This document shows positions 30,032-39,919 of a DNA stretch of 64,000 nucleotides, piece by piece. The translations under genes and the position numbers were made by a program. Numbering within the stretch: the stretch's first letter is position 1; each line of letters starts with the position of its first letter. The notes beneath the pieces were generated by a model. It searched no databases. It had not been told where the DNA came from and worked only from the letters and a program-made list of their open reading frames with translations. The DNA lies in contig CAXXVO010000007.1 of the NCBI GenBank assembly GCA_963422645.2, forward strand, positions 416,001-480,000, read 5' to 3'. The stretch is from Alphaproteobacteria bacterium. GTDB taxonomy: Bacteria > Pseudomonadota > Alphaproteobacteria > UBA828.

Positions 30032-31569
30032 CAGGAAGTTGGCTAGTAAACTGCCTGCTCCCATTGCCGCGGCCAGAATATGCAAAGCAGACCGAAGCGC
30101 TGCTGACAGACCTGCTCTGGCGGTCTCGTGGCTCAAGCCTCGGTGGAAATACCGGGAACGGGGGATACTTCGAGGACCTTGCACGTATTAGGCACGGGAC
30201 GAAATCCCAGGACAAGCGCAGGCTCGTAGCGCGAAAGACGCAGGGGGGCTCCCCAAAGACATTGGAGACCTACCCTATTGCGCTAGAGACTTCGTTGGGC
30301 GAGTTGATTGATGGAGTGCCGCCCAGCCTAAACCCAATATCCGTAATTCTTGAATCCATTCTGGCGCCGCGGGCAAGGGGTGACAAGTCGCTCGCGTGCG
30401 CACCGATCACGCCTGATGTTGTGACCCTACAAACTCTACACGGCATGGTAAACAAGGACAGTCCGGCAAATCAGGCGCGCGCAATCGAGGCGGTCGGGTG
30501 GCTGGGAGGCTCGCCGGGAGAGGGCTACGTTGCTTCGGTCTTTCTGATCTCTCTCGTTGCTGAGCATTCCGGCGGCGCCTTGCACCGATTGATAACCGAT
30601 GCGCTCCGAACCATGGCTCAACATGTCTGGAGCGAGCTCGGCACAGGAGTTGAAGACTGGCGTGCCTGGCCGGCGGTGGGTCCTGTCGCGCTAGGGGATA
30701 GCCGGCCTCACGTGTTGGCCTCAGCTCGTTTTACCCCATTCAGATGGTTCTGGACTAAGTGGGCCACTCTTTGCGACCCCACGAGTGAATGGCGGGAGGC
30801 GCTTCCGGCCCGGCGTTTTACCGACTGGTCGCTCTGCCTGCTCCGGACCGCTCTGGCTTTCGCGTATCTTTGGGAAGCCGAGTTCTTCCGCCTCCTTCAT
30901 AGAGCTATCGTCGAAACGCGAGACGAGACGAGCCAAGCGGAGACTTCAGTCCTTGCGGTCACAAGTTTCATACAAAATGGAGAACGCCTAGCATCAATCG
31001 AACCCGTCGAAGTGCCTCCGTCCGAAAAGAATTCGTGGCCGGCACTGGAAGCTCTCTTGATGCAAGGCTACATGGCGCGAGAGGCAATTGAGAACGTGCT
31101 TGAGGAGCACCCGCTCCATCTCGATCTTTCGAACATTGAACCATGCAACTTAACCAATAGCATCGCCACTTGGATTACGGACTTTTCTCGTCTTGGTGGC
31201 AGAGCCCTGGAAGCGCGCTTGGAACCCGAGAGTAACACAGCGAAAAACACCCGAGAGTTCGTCCGATATCTGCTGGTCCCCAGGGTCTCAGACGATGACA
31301 CCGCAGATCAGGCGGACTTCTATTATCTCGCGCGCAGTAACCAGAAAAATTCTTGGTTTGAGCCAGGCCCGGAATGGCTGGCCGTCGTTTGTAGCCTTCT
31401 TTCGGGCCGGCCACGCGGACACTGCACTCTCGGCGAACTAGTGGATGATCTGGCGTCTCTCGGCATCCGCAATGAGCGGTCTGTCCTGGTAAATATGCTG
31501 GAAGAGGCGGGGCTGAGTACGGATAGTCCCGACGCCGACAACGCGCTTGTCATTCGATCGGCATTCTAG
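30028..31569 (+). CDS. Hypothetical protein, DndG/DptG-like
   Basis: ATGA-coupled. C-terminal wHTH-like TLGELVDDLASLGI...LEEAGLSTDSPDADNALVI recalls the DptG C-terminus. Confidence 0.45.
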   Translation: MTGSWLVNCLLPLPRPEYAKQTEALLTDLLWRSRGSSLGGNTGNGGYFEDLARIRHGTKSQDKRRLVARKTQGGSPKTLETYPIALETSLGELIDGVPPSLNPISVILESILAPRARGDKSLACAPITPDVVTLQTLHGMVNKDSPANQARAIEAVGWLGGSPGEGYVASVFLISLVAEHSGGALHRLITDALRTMAQHVWSELGTGVEDWRAWPAVGPVALGDSRPHVLASARFTPFRWFWTKWATLCDPTSEWREALPARRFTDWSLCLLRTALAFAYLWEAEFFRLLHRAIVETRDETSQAETSVLAVTSFIQNGERLASIEPVEVPPSEKNSWPALEALLMQGYMAREAIENVLEEHPLHLDLSNIEPCNLTNSIATWITDFSRLGGRALEARLEPESNTAKNTREFVRYLLVPRVSDDDTADQADFYYLARSNQKNSWFEPGPEWLAVVCSLLSGRPRGHCTLGELVDDLASLGIRNERSVLVNMLEEAGLSTDSPDADNALVIRSAF

Positions 31570-31586
31570 GATGGGGTTCCGCGAGA

Positions 31587-34500
31587 ATGAGATCGAATAG
31601 CATGGGATTCCTTGGACGAGCGATCGCAGCGCATCTTTCGAACCTCAAGGGACTGTACTCGGTTGAGCTACCGCTTTCCTTAGAGAAAGAGATGCTCGAC
31701 CTTGTTGCCGCGTGCAATTCGGTTGAGAGTACGCGGGCAGTCTTGGTCGGCGAGCGCGCGAACCTACCGGGCAATATCGTGCAAGTAAGTTGGCCCGACC
31801 TGCTCGGATGGCGGACGGCTGATGATCGAGTGTTCGTCTGGAGGCGGGGCGAGCGCGACCCGGATACGTCGTTCCGAGACGTAGTGCGTCCATTCATATC
31901 TGCTCGGTTTCCGGGAACTGGTGGAGGGGAATGCTCTAGCGACTTGCTCGCGAACCTCTGTGTAGACGAGCTGTGGCGGAGTCTCTCGCTTCCACTTGGC
32001 GGGCCTGTATTGGAATCTTTCAAGGACAGCGCCTCGTGGCTTGCGGAAGTACTAGTTGCAGCTTTCGAACATGCTGGCGGTACGGCGACAGAGCACTGGA
32101 CTGATCGGTTCCTGGAACATTGGGCGCTGACATGGTCAGACCTTGAAAAGGGAATGAAAAGCTTAGGCTCGGCCCCAGAGGAGCGGCACGCGTGGGAACT
32201 CTTGCGGCTAGCAGGGATCCCGGTTCCCGCGCGCGAAAGTGATACCGAAAACCCATTCCTGCAAACCCCAGTTGCGCGACTTCGTGGACTTGAAGTTGGT
32301 AGCGTGCGCTTCACCCGCTTTATCCAGTGGTGGCAGCTGGTCATCGACGAGTTCGTAATCCCTCGGGGCGGGATCGAAACGCTCTTGATGGCCTTGGATC
32401 TCCAAGTGCCAGGAGCCCAGAAACCTACGCCCTGGCGCGGGCTGGATTGGACGCGGGCGCTCGACATGACATCGGGAAGCCCTGCGCCAGTAGTGGCACG
32501 CCGTGTGTTTGCCTGCGCGCCTTCTCCAACCGTTCTCATGCCCAACCCGCCGGCCTTTCCCGTTGCCCCTGTTCCGGCATGGTGGGGCGTTAACGCCCAC
32601 CAGATCGCACGTGCGCAGAAGGCTCTGCATGAAGCCCGCGGATTAGTGAGCAACCCATCATGTACCAGCCTTACTGTTCTTCCCGGAAGGGAGGCCGCGC
32701 TCATCTTGTTGACACGGGCCGGCGCTGTTTCCGAGGAGACGTTGGCCAGGAAGTGGCGGGCGTCATTATCTCTTTCCGGTTTGTCATTACGACTCAAGGA
32801 GCCATGGACTTCGCTCCTCGTCGCGCACTCACCGCCGCCTCAAGGAGCCCATGGGACAACTGCAATAGAGCCGGACAGTGTGAAGTTGCACGTTTCGGGG
32901 ACTGGTGTGAAAGCCGAGGTCCGCGCGGTCCGCGTTTCGTCGGGCGAGCACCTTCAGGTGGAGTTCGATACTACGATCACTTACTCGGCTGCCGTTGATT
33001 CTCGTGGTACGAAATCCGGCTCGTGGCATCCTGTTCGGGCGTTGCGCCTTACAGCGAGCGCCCGCGATGGCAATGGAACCGGTTGGGGTGAACTTCGCAC
33101 CGTAGACCACTCGGTAGAGGTGGTTGTTCCGTCGTGCTTTTCGCCCACGTTACTGTCCTATAGTGGAAGTCGGGGCAAGATTGTGGTTGCACCGGACCGC
33201 GGGGACACCTTTGTTCGCGTTGGGCCCGGCGACGCGAACTGGAACGCGAGTTCCACGCCGGATTTGTTGCTTGCCGAGGAAGGCTCGTATGACCTCGTCG
33301 GTTACGATGGCAGAATCATTGGCGGAGGTTCGTTCGGTGCGGAAGCGGTGATCGAAGTTGAAGGTCGCTCATTCACCTTGATCGGCGGGTTGCAACATGT
33401 CGAGGCGAGGTTAGACGAGGGCGATCAAGTAACAGGATCGACTACGGGCGTTATAGCAGTTGCAAAGGTTAGGCAACGTTCGCGCTCTGTTACGTCGGGC
33501 CTTGTGGCGGCGATAAGGAAGTCGGGACCGGGGCGAAAGCCTCCCTCTTCGAGCGCGCGCTCTAGCGTTCTGGGCCGCTTTCAGAGTGCGGTCGCCAGCT
33601 CGGTTCGGGGATCCAGCGACGACACTCACAGTAGCTTGTTTCAGTACGTCCTCGGGACAGCTCAAACCATCACTGAATGGCCGCCGCTCTGTTCAGGCAC
33701 AGCGCCAACCGTCATGGCTAATCTCCCAGTGGGCTTCCAATTGCCTGGAGTCGGGAACGGTCTGAGCCCCTCCGTGGTTGCGAGTACCACGTGGATAGAA
33801 TTCATGGCCGCCGCGCATGCTGTGCTGGATCACCTCGGTGTGCGCCAAGCAGGAGAAGAGATCTGGCTTTCAGCGATGAATCCTGGCGAGTTGCCAGGCG
33901 TTGTTGTTTGGGCTCTTGTCGAAGCACACCGTAACTTGATCGCTGATGTTCGGGCCGCGTCCGCGGGAGATGCGTTCTGGGCGAGCTACCCCTTTTCGGT
34001 CATCGTGGTAGACGACACACCTGGCGCGAATCTTGGACAGGTTCAAGCGGTCTTTCTTTCGCCGCTCCATCCCGTTCGGTTAGCGTGGGCGTTTTCTGTG
34101 GCGCGCCTTGCCCAAAGCCCCGGTGTCGACCGTACACTGCTCGGGCTAGCGGAGGGATGGAATCTGCCGCTGACAGGTACAACGATCTCAGTTACTGGCC
34201 AGCCAATCCCGATGGTAGCTTTACCCCTTGATCCCGGGGAGGACGCCGACTTCGCTACCTGGAGCGCCCTCGCCATCCTCGGAAATGATGGTCTTGTCCG
34301 TGCGCCAAGACTTGCCGCAGGTCTCGAGCTTCCCTGGGGTGGTCCTAGCGGTATTAATGAGAAGGTAGTTAGTCAGGCGATCACCGACTACCTCTCCATC
34401 CATCCGTACCTGAACTCTCTCGAGATAGATGTCCGATCAGTGTCGCGGGCGCCTCGGGCCCGTGAAATTGATGACGCCCTTATCCGCACGGTTGGAGGAG

Positions 34501-37496
34501 CCACGGTAAACGAAGTTTCTCTACTGGGTGGAGCAACGCGCGTTTGGGATTCCCGAAATAGACTGGGAGAACCACCCTCGCGCGATCAACTACTGAAACT
34601 GCGCGATACAAATCGGCGGGACCGTCCGTTCGAATGGCGTCGTTACTCGGAGACAAGCGCGGCGCCAGTTTCCGATATCGCACTTATCGAGAGCGCCAGC
34701 GCCCACATGGGGGCTGTCGAAGCACAAACTACCGGCGTACTCGGACCATTACCGCTTCGGCGATTCACTGTTCCCGCGATATCAGGCCAAGTGCTTGACC
34801 AGCAGTACGCGGCGTACCCCGGAGATGACGTGTTGGGTATCTCGCGATTGCTGGCCGAGATCGAGCATACCTTGCCAAGCGGACTTGCCGCTCTCCGCGT
34901 TGCGCCACAGGCGAATGCCCTCGGTATAGGTAGCGGTGCTCGATGGGAGGTACTTGGCACGCTCAACGTAGATCCCGCTCTCTTGTCGAGAATCATTAGG
35001 TCGAGTGGCCACGCTGACCGCATGCTCTGGGAATGGCGCCCGTCTTGGCTTGCGAGTGGCCATGGGGATCGAGATGAAATTGCGAAGCGAGCCCATTACG
35101 TCGTAGCGCGCGTGCCGGCATCGCTCGCAAGAGGCCTTGCCATCCGGCAAGGGCTAACGGAGTCACGCGCTCGAGAAATGATTACCGAGTTAGGACGTCG
35201 CGGTATTGGCCTGGCTTCGTTGCAGGCTACCGGCGGTACGCAGGAGAGTGCAGCGGCAGGCCACTTCTATGCAACTCGGCTGTTGCTTCCCCCCGAGGGA
35301 CATGCACAGCCACAAAGCTGGTTTACTCCCGCCAACAATACATATTCTGGACTTCTGCCCATAGACCCAGTGTCAGAAATCTTGTGCGCCATTGCCGGGG
35401 AGTCCCCTAATCGCCGTGCCGATCTGCTCGTGTTCAAGGTGATTATCGAGGGCGATGCGGTCCGCGTCAAAATCTTACCCATCGAGGTGAAGCACCATGG
35501 CCAACCCCAGTCACCGAGCCCGCTCCCCGCAGATTCTGATCGGGAGCTCAAGCGCGCCAGGGAACAACTGAAGGAGGCTTCGAAGCTCGTTCGAGCATTG
35601 TCAGCAGCGCTAGATCCAGGTCCGGAACTCGCTGACGATCCCGCAGCCGCGGTTACGCGCAGACAAGCTTGCGCAGTTCTCCTCGATCTTGCACTCAGTT
35701 TCGCCGACGAGGAGGTAGACCCTCGGGCTCGAGCGATGATCCTAAGATGCGTGGTCCAAGGGCGAGTGGTCGTCGATGCGGCACCCGCAATGCTGCTTTG
35801 GTTCGCCCCCGGTTCCATGGCTTCAAGCGGAGCGGCGTGCATAGTTCGCCCCGGCACGGGGGGAAGCCGCGAAGCCTTCATTGACCCTGCGGTGGTTCCT
35901 GGCACCTGGTGGCAAGATACACCGCCAGGACCTGACGACGCTGCTTTGAGAAGTGCGATTGACGACGCACTGCGGGAGATGCTCAGGGCAAGAAAGGACA
36001 TCCCCGCGGAACCAGAAACCGATCTCACCGCAGCGCTCTTGGGAATGCTTGATCTGGCGTCTGACACGGCAAGTGAACCCGCACCTGCCGGACCGACTGA
36101 GGGTGAACCTACCGGATTGCTGCCAGCGGACCGAGAAGCGGACCAATCAGGAACGGCCGATCCGAAAACGAGTGAACTCGCAGCGCGAGTAATCGAAGCT
36201 AGGGTAGATGCAAATTCCGCCACCACTTCCCACGCTGATATTAAGGCTTCCAATGAGCCTGCGTCGTCCGTCTTTGTACCTGCCAACATGGCACCTCCGG
36301 CAGCTTATGTTGGTTGGGATAAGCCCGCTACACGATATTGTCTCTTGGGAAATCTTGTTGATACCGGCGAGAAGGTGGGACTTGACCTTGATAATCCGAA
36401 GGCGATTGGGGTTTTCGGATATATGGGTTCAGGCAAGAGCTATCTGCTTGGAACGCTGGTCGAGTCGTGCCTTGTCCCGATAGCGGGTATCAACTCGCTA
36501 CCGGCACCTCTCGCCGTTGTCATCTTCAATTACCGCCGCCACTCCGCCGATCGTTTCGAGTTAAGCTCTCTTGCGCACCCCAATCCCGATCAGAAAGACC
36601 GCGAGCGCCTCGAACGGATGTATCAAGCGTCACCTCAGGCAGTGGACGATATTCATATACTGTGCCTCCCCGGCCAACTAACTCCGGAGCGGGTCGCCGA
36701 GTACGGCGGCTTGCCGACTACGGAGCTCTTTTTCGATCCATCCGCGCTTGGCGTGGAGGATTGGGAGCTCCTCATGGGTGAACCTGGGAGCAACGCCGTA
36801 TTTGCCAGGGCAATCAGAAATTCATTGATGGATCTGCAGGCGGCCGGCGATGTCAGCCTCGAAAGCCTCGAGCGAAGCATCGCCAATACGCTGAACAGGG
36901 CGAGTCAATCGGCGGCTCAGCTTAGGTTGGACTTCATGCGTAGGTATCTCTCTGCGGAGCGAGGTCTACGATTTGGCGAAATTCTGAGACCAGGGCGAAC
37001 TGTGATTTTCGACCTTCGCCAACCTTTGTTCAACAAGGATGATGCCCTCCGTTTTTTCTTGGTATGCTCAAATCATATCAGCCGGGTACAAGGCGGGTTC
37101 AACAAGCTCGTCGTATTTGATGAAGCGCACGAATACTTGAGCGAGGCATTCGGAGAGAAGATAGAAGCGCGAATCCGTTTAATGCGACATGAGGGTACGT
37201 CGTACGTCTTTGCTACACAGGACGTGGGGTCAATCCCCCTCCAGGTCAGGCGGTTCATCACCACGAGGTTTGTCTTTGGCCTGGGGACTCGCGACAACGT
37301 CAATGATCTGGTGCGATTTGCGCCAGAATTTGCAAACCTGCCGTTGCAACAGCTCGCACCAGGAACTTGCTATGTCCAATCAGCCCCCTCACAACGCAAT
37401 TTGTTTGAGCGCCCGCGATTGGTTCAGGTGCGCCCGCGAGTGACACAGCATGGTGGAACAAGCCGGATCTTCCCAGTCGCGGCTGAAGACAAGTAG
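31587..37496 (+). CDS. 1969-aa protein with PD-(D/E)xK-like motif and C-terminal HerA/FtsK-like ATPase, DndH/DptH-like
   Basis: LSPLHP; RRADLLV...PIEVK; GYMGSGKS (Walker A); VVFDEAH (Walker B); R..RHEG (Arg finger); FATQ. Confidence 0.65.
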   Translation: MRSNSMGFLGRAIAAHLSNLKGLYSVELPLSLEKEMLDLVAACNSVESTRAVLVGERANLPGNIVQVSWPDLLGWRTADDRVFVWRRGERDPDTSFRDVVRPFISARFPGTGGGECSSDLLANLCVDELWRSLSLPLGGPVLESFKDSASWLAEVLVAAFEHAGGTATEHWTDRFLEHWALTWSDLEKGMKSLGSAPEERHAWELLRLAGIPVPARESDTENPFLQTPVARLRGLEVGSVRFTRFIQWWQLVIDEFVIPRGGIETLLMALDLQVPGAQKPTPWRGLDWTRALDMTSGSPAPVVARRVFACAPSPTVLMPNPPAFPVAPVPAWWGVNAHQIARAQKALHEARGLVSNPSCTSLTVLPGREAALILLTRAGAVSEETLARKWRASLSLSGLSLRLKEPWTSLLVAHSPPPQGAHGTTAIEPDSVKLHVSGTGVKAEVRAVRVSSGEHLQVEFDTTITYSAAVDSRGTKSGSWHPVRALRLTASARDGNGTGWGELRTVDHSVEVVVPSCFSPTLLSYSGSRGKIVVAPDRGDTFVRVGPGDANWNASSTPDLLLAEEGSYDLVGYDGRIIGGGSFGAEAVIEVEGRSFTLIGGLQHVEARLDEGDQVTGSTTGVIAVAKVRQRSRSVTSGLVAAIRKSGPGRKPPSSSARSSVLGRFQSAVASSVRGSSDDTHSSLFQYVLGTAQTITEWPPLCSGTAPTVMANLPVGFQLPGVGNGLSPSVVASTTWIEFMAAAHAVLDHLGVRQAGEEIWLSAMNPGELPGVVVWALVEAHRNLIADVRAASAGDAFWASYPFSVIVVDDTPGANLGQVQAVFLSPLHPVRLAWAFSVARLAQSPGVDRTLLGLAEGWNLPLTGTTISVTGQPIPMVALPLDPGEDADFATWSALAILGNDGLVRAPRLAAGLELPWGGPSGINEKVVSQAITDYLSIHPYLNSLEIDVRSVSRAPRAREIDDALIRTVGGATVNEVSLLGGATRVWDSRNRLGEPPSRDQLLKLRDTNRRDRPFEWRRYSETSAAPVSDIALIESASAHMGAVEAQTTGVLGPLPLRRFTVPAISGQVLDQQYAAYPGDDVLGISRLLAEIEHTLPSGLAALRVAPQANALGIGSGARWEVLGTLNVDPALLSRIIRSSGHADRMLWEWRPSWLASGHGDRDEIAKRAHYVVARVPASLARGLAIRQGLTESRAREMITELGRRGIGLASLQATGGTQESAAAGHFYATRLLLPPEGHAQPQSWFTPANNTYSGLLPIDPVSEILCAIAGESPNRRADLLVFKVIIEGDAVRVKILPIEVKHHGQPQSPSPLPADSDRELKRAREQLKEASKLVRALSAALDPGPELADDPAAAVTRRQACAVLLDLALSFADEEVDPRARAMILRCVVQGRVVVDAAPAMLLWFAPGSMASSGAACIVRPGTGGSREAFIDPAVVPGTWWQDTPPGPDDAALRSAIDDALREMLRARKDIPAEPETDLTAALLGMLDLASDTASEPAPAGPTEGEPTGLLPADREADQSGTADPKTSELAARVIEARVDANSATTSHADIKASNEPASSVFVPANMAPPAAYVGWDKPATRYCLLGNLVDTGEKVGLDLDNPKAIGVFGYMGSGKSYLLGTLVESCLVPIAGINSLPAPLAVVIFNYRRHSADRFELSSLAHPNPDQKDRERLERMYQASPQAVDDIHILCLPGQLTPERVAEYGGLPTTELFFDPSALGVEDWELLMGEPGSNAVFARAIRNSLMDLQAAGDVSLESLERSIANTLNRASQSAAQLRLDFMRRYLSAERGLRFGEILRPGRTVIFDLRQPLFNKDDALRFFLVCSNHISRVQGGFNKLVVFDEAHEYLSEAFGEKIEARIRLMRHEGTSYVFATQDVGSIPLQVRRFITTRFVFGLGTRDNVNDLVRFAPEFANLPLQQLAPGTCYVQSAPSQRNLFERPRLVQVRPRVTQHGGTSRIFPVAAEDK

Positions 37497-37497
37497 C

Positions 37498-38193
37498 GTG
37501 ACCAGTCGGGCGATTCCTTTGGATGCGCCAACCCTCAATAAGGCTCGTTGGTGTCGCCGTCAACTCCTCGCGTGGTATGTTCGACATGGTCGCGAATTTC
37601 CATGGCGTTCGTGCAATGCGAGTCTCTACCAGCAGGTCGTCGCCGAGGTCCTGCTTCAGCGAACACAAGCTTCGACAGTCAGCAAGTTCTTTGACTCTTT
37701 CTTTCAGAAGTTCAAGACTTGGAATGACATCGACATGGCTCCGATTGGGCAGTTGGAGAATGCGCTTAGACCTATCGGTCTTTGGCGACGAAGAGCAACC
37801 GCCCTGAAGGCACTTGCTAGGGAACTGGTAGTGCGAGGGGGCAGTTTTCCACCATCGCGCGAGGAACTTGAGGCCTTGCCCGCTGTCGGGCAGTATGTCG
37901 CGAGCTCTGTGCTATTGTTCGCATACAATCGTGCAGAGCCTTTGCTTGATGAAAGCATGGCGCGCGTCATTGAACGTGTATTCGAGCCGCGACGTCTGGT
38001 GGACATTCGCTATGACCGGCGCCTGCAAGCTCTGGCGCGGTTATTGGTGCGGTCGCGCAATCCAGCTCGGGTCAACTGGGCGCTGCTCGATGTGGCCGCT
38101 CGAAACTGCCTCCGTCGAACACCGAATTGCAATGAGTGTCCCCTGAAACGACATTGCAATTTCGCGAATGGCATTAAGGTGCCGACGTACTGA
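37498..38193 (+). CDS. HhH-GPD DNA glycosylase with [4Fe-4S], Mig (T:G mismatch)-like
   Basis: FPWR, EVLLQRT, IGL...RA, LPAVGQY, conserved Asp, C-x6-C-x2-C-x5-C; no MutY NUDIX tail. Confidence 0.8.
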   Translation: MTSRAIPLDAPTLNKARWCRRQLLAWYVRHGREFPWRSCNASLYQQVVAEVLLQRTQASTVSKFFDSFFQKFKTWNDIDMAPIGQLENALRPIGLWRRRATALKALARELVVRGGSFPPSREELEALPAVGQYVASSVLLFAYNRAEPLLDESMARVIERVFEPRRLVDIRYDRRLQALARLLVRSRNPARVNWALLDVAARNCLRRTPNCNECPLKRHCNFANGIKVPTY

Positions 38194-38386
38194 ACATCTG
38201 CGTCTGCCGTTTAATGGCGCGGGTTTGTTTAGAGGTACCTGTCACCATAAGGGCAAGAGCGCGACACGCTCACACCGCGTATGAAGGTAGCCTAATGTTT
38301 GTGCGGATCTCGAACGAAAACACTGCGAGGCTCACGAAATACGTGGCCCAAGAATGTCGAACCTCTTCCGGGAGTGGAAGGAAGAA

Positions 38387-39074
38387 TTATTTGTCGGACA
38401 GTCGCCGCCCGTGAGCCTCCACAATACGCGATATTCCTTTGTCTAGAATTTCTATATTGATGCGTGCTTTCCGATATAGAGCAATATGCATTTTGACAAA
38501 TATATTGAATAAGTTCGCTTGATGGACCATGGTCCCGAAGAAGAGTTGATTTACAGCTTCTTCGTCATCGACGAGAAATGGTGCGATCGATCCCAAGTTT
38601 CCGTCCGTTGGCTTGAACTGAGTTCTGGCTCCGGCGAAAAGCAGTCGGACACCAAGCTTGTCGAATGAGTCGTACCGAGCCATTTGTGTGGCAACATCGG
38701 GAGAACGTCCGAAATGTCTCGCTCGGTCTAAGGGATTTTGAAGAACGAGTTGAGGTCCATGTTTGAGCTTGTTGTAAGCAATCGAAACTCTCGGAATTTG
38801 TGTCTCAACGTGGAACGAATTAGCAACTCGCCGGAGCTCGCTGGGAAGCTGTCTCCAAAACTCAATATGGCGTTTGGGAATGAGCCTTGTGCTCGGAATT
38901 GCTCGCCATTTGTACCCGAGAAAGAACTCGACGATCTCCGCATCGGTCTTTTCGCATACTTCCTGAAAAAACGATCTTCGGTTTACCTGAACGCTTGTGG
39001 ATTTGTTGCTCTTTAGTTTTGTGTGTACCTCTTGTATCTCGGACCCATCTTTTATCGTCAATTGGTGCCTCATG
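38387..39074 (-). pseudogene. Lower-GC hypothetical protein (possible HEPN-like), probably 5'-truncated by IS66
   Basis: YNKLKHG motif; the first Met abuts the IS66 IR at 39075. Confidence 0.4.
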
Positions 39075-39687
39075 GTAACTGCCCAGGTACCCCCTCTCTC
39101 TTATGGAACAAGCCAGTTCCTTTTGCGTCAACGCCCCCACGCCGCGGGGGTGCCTACTCTCTTGAGCGCGAGAGGATGATGAACGCCGCGTCGCGAACAA
39201 GATGAGAGGACAGCGATACTCAGGATGAGCCGGAGAAGTTCAGGAGCGCAGTATAGGGATCAGCTGCATCGGTTCCGGGTGCGCCAGGATTTGCAGGATG
39301 TTCCAGCCTTGCTTTCGAGCGGTGACGATGACGCTGCGCATTCCGGCGAAGTTGCAGGCGCCTTGCAGGGAGCGGAAGCCGCCTGAGATCTTCTCATGCA
39401 CTTTGTTCATACGGATGTCACGCTCCGCCTCGTTATTCGTGAACGGCGTGCGCAGGTCGGTGAGGAAGCGCAGGCAGCCCTCCTTATGCTTTTGAAGGCG
39501 GCGCGCGAGGTTGTGGCCGATGCGGCGTTTCTTTCGCCCTCGCTTTGCGATCTGGAGCGGCGGTTGGGCCTCATGGAAGGCGATGGCTTCTTCGAGGATA
39601 CGGTCCCATGCCCTTGAGATGCGGGCCACCAGGGAGGCGGGGACTTGACGGTCTTTCTCACGGGCGAAGCGGGCGGCCCTGCGCGCG
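39075..39687 (-). mobile_element. Partial IS66 copy (IRR plus 3' end of tnp)
   Basis: Reverse complement of 60395-61007; begins GTAACTGCCCAGGTACCCC. Confidence 0.93.
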
Positions 39688-39919
39688 AAACCGACCCGAT
39701 TTGCCGCCGTCGCAAGACCCCTGAAACGCCCCGAAAATCGCCGTTTCCAGCCAATTCACGGCCTCTGCACGGCCCGATTCGCAAAGACTTCCGTCCGCAC
39801 GCCAGCCGCCGCACCGCCACCGTGCCGCCGCGCATCCCCTTGAGATTCCGCCACCTTCCGCCCGATTCCGCCTGATTCCACCCCTTGACCCGATTCACAA
39901 CGACTTTCGTCCGTCTACA

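Noticed and set aside
26389-37496. Canonical Dnd phosphorothioation, DISARM II, Hma, BREX or type II RM
   Set aside because: No DndABCDE, SF2 helicase, DUF1998, PLD, PglZ or small stand-alone REase is visible; the DEAH here is a HerA-type Walker B, not a helicase motif.
37498-38193. Housekeeping mutY or nth
   Set aside because: Lacks the MutY C-terminal domain and LGYY motif, lacks the EndoIII Lys, and lies inside a lower-GC methylase operon.
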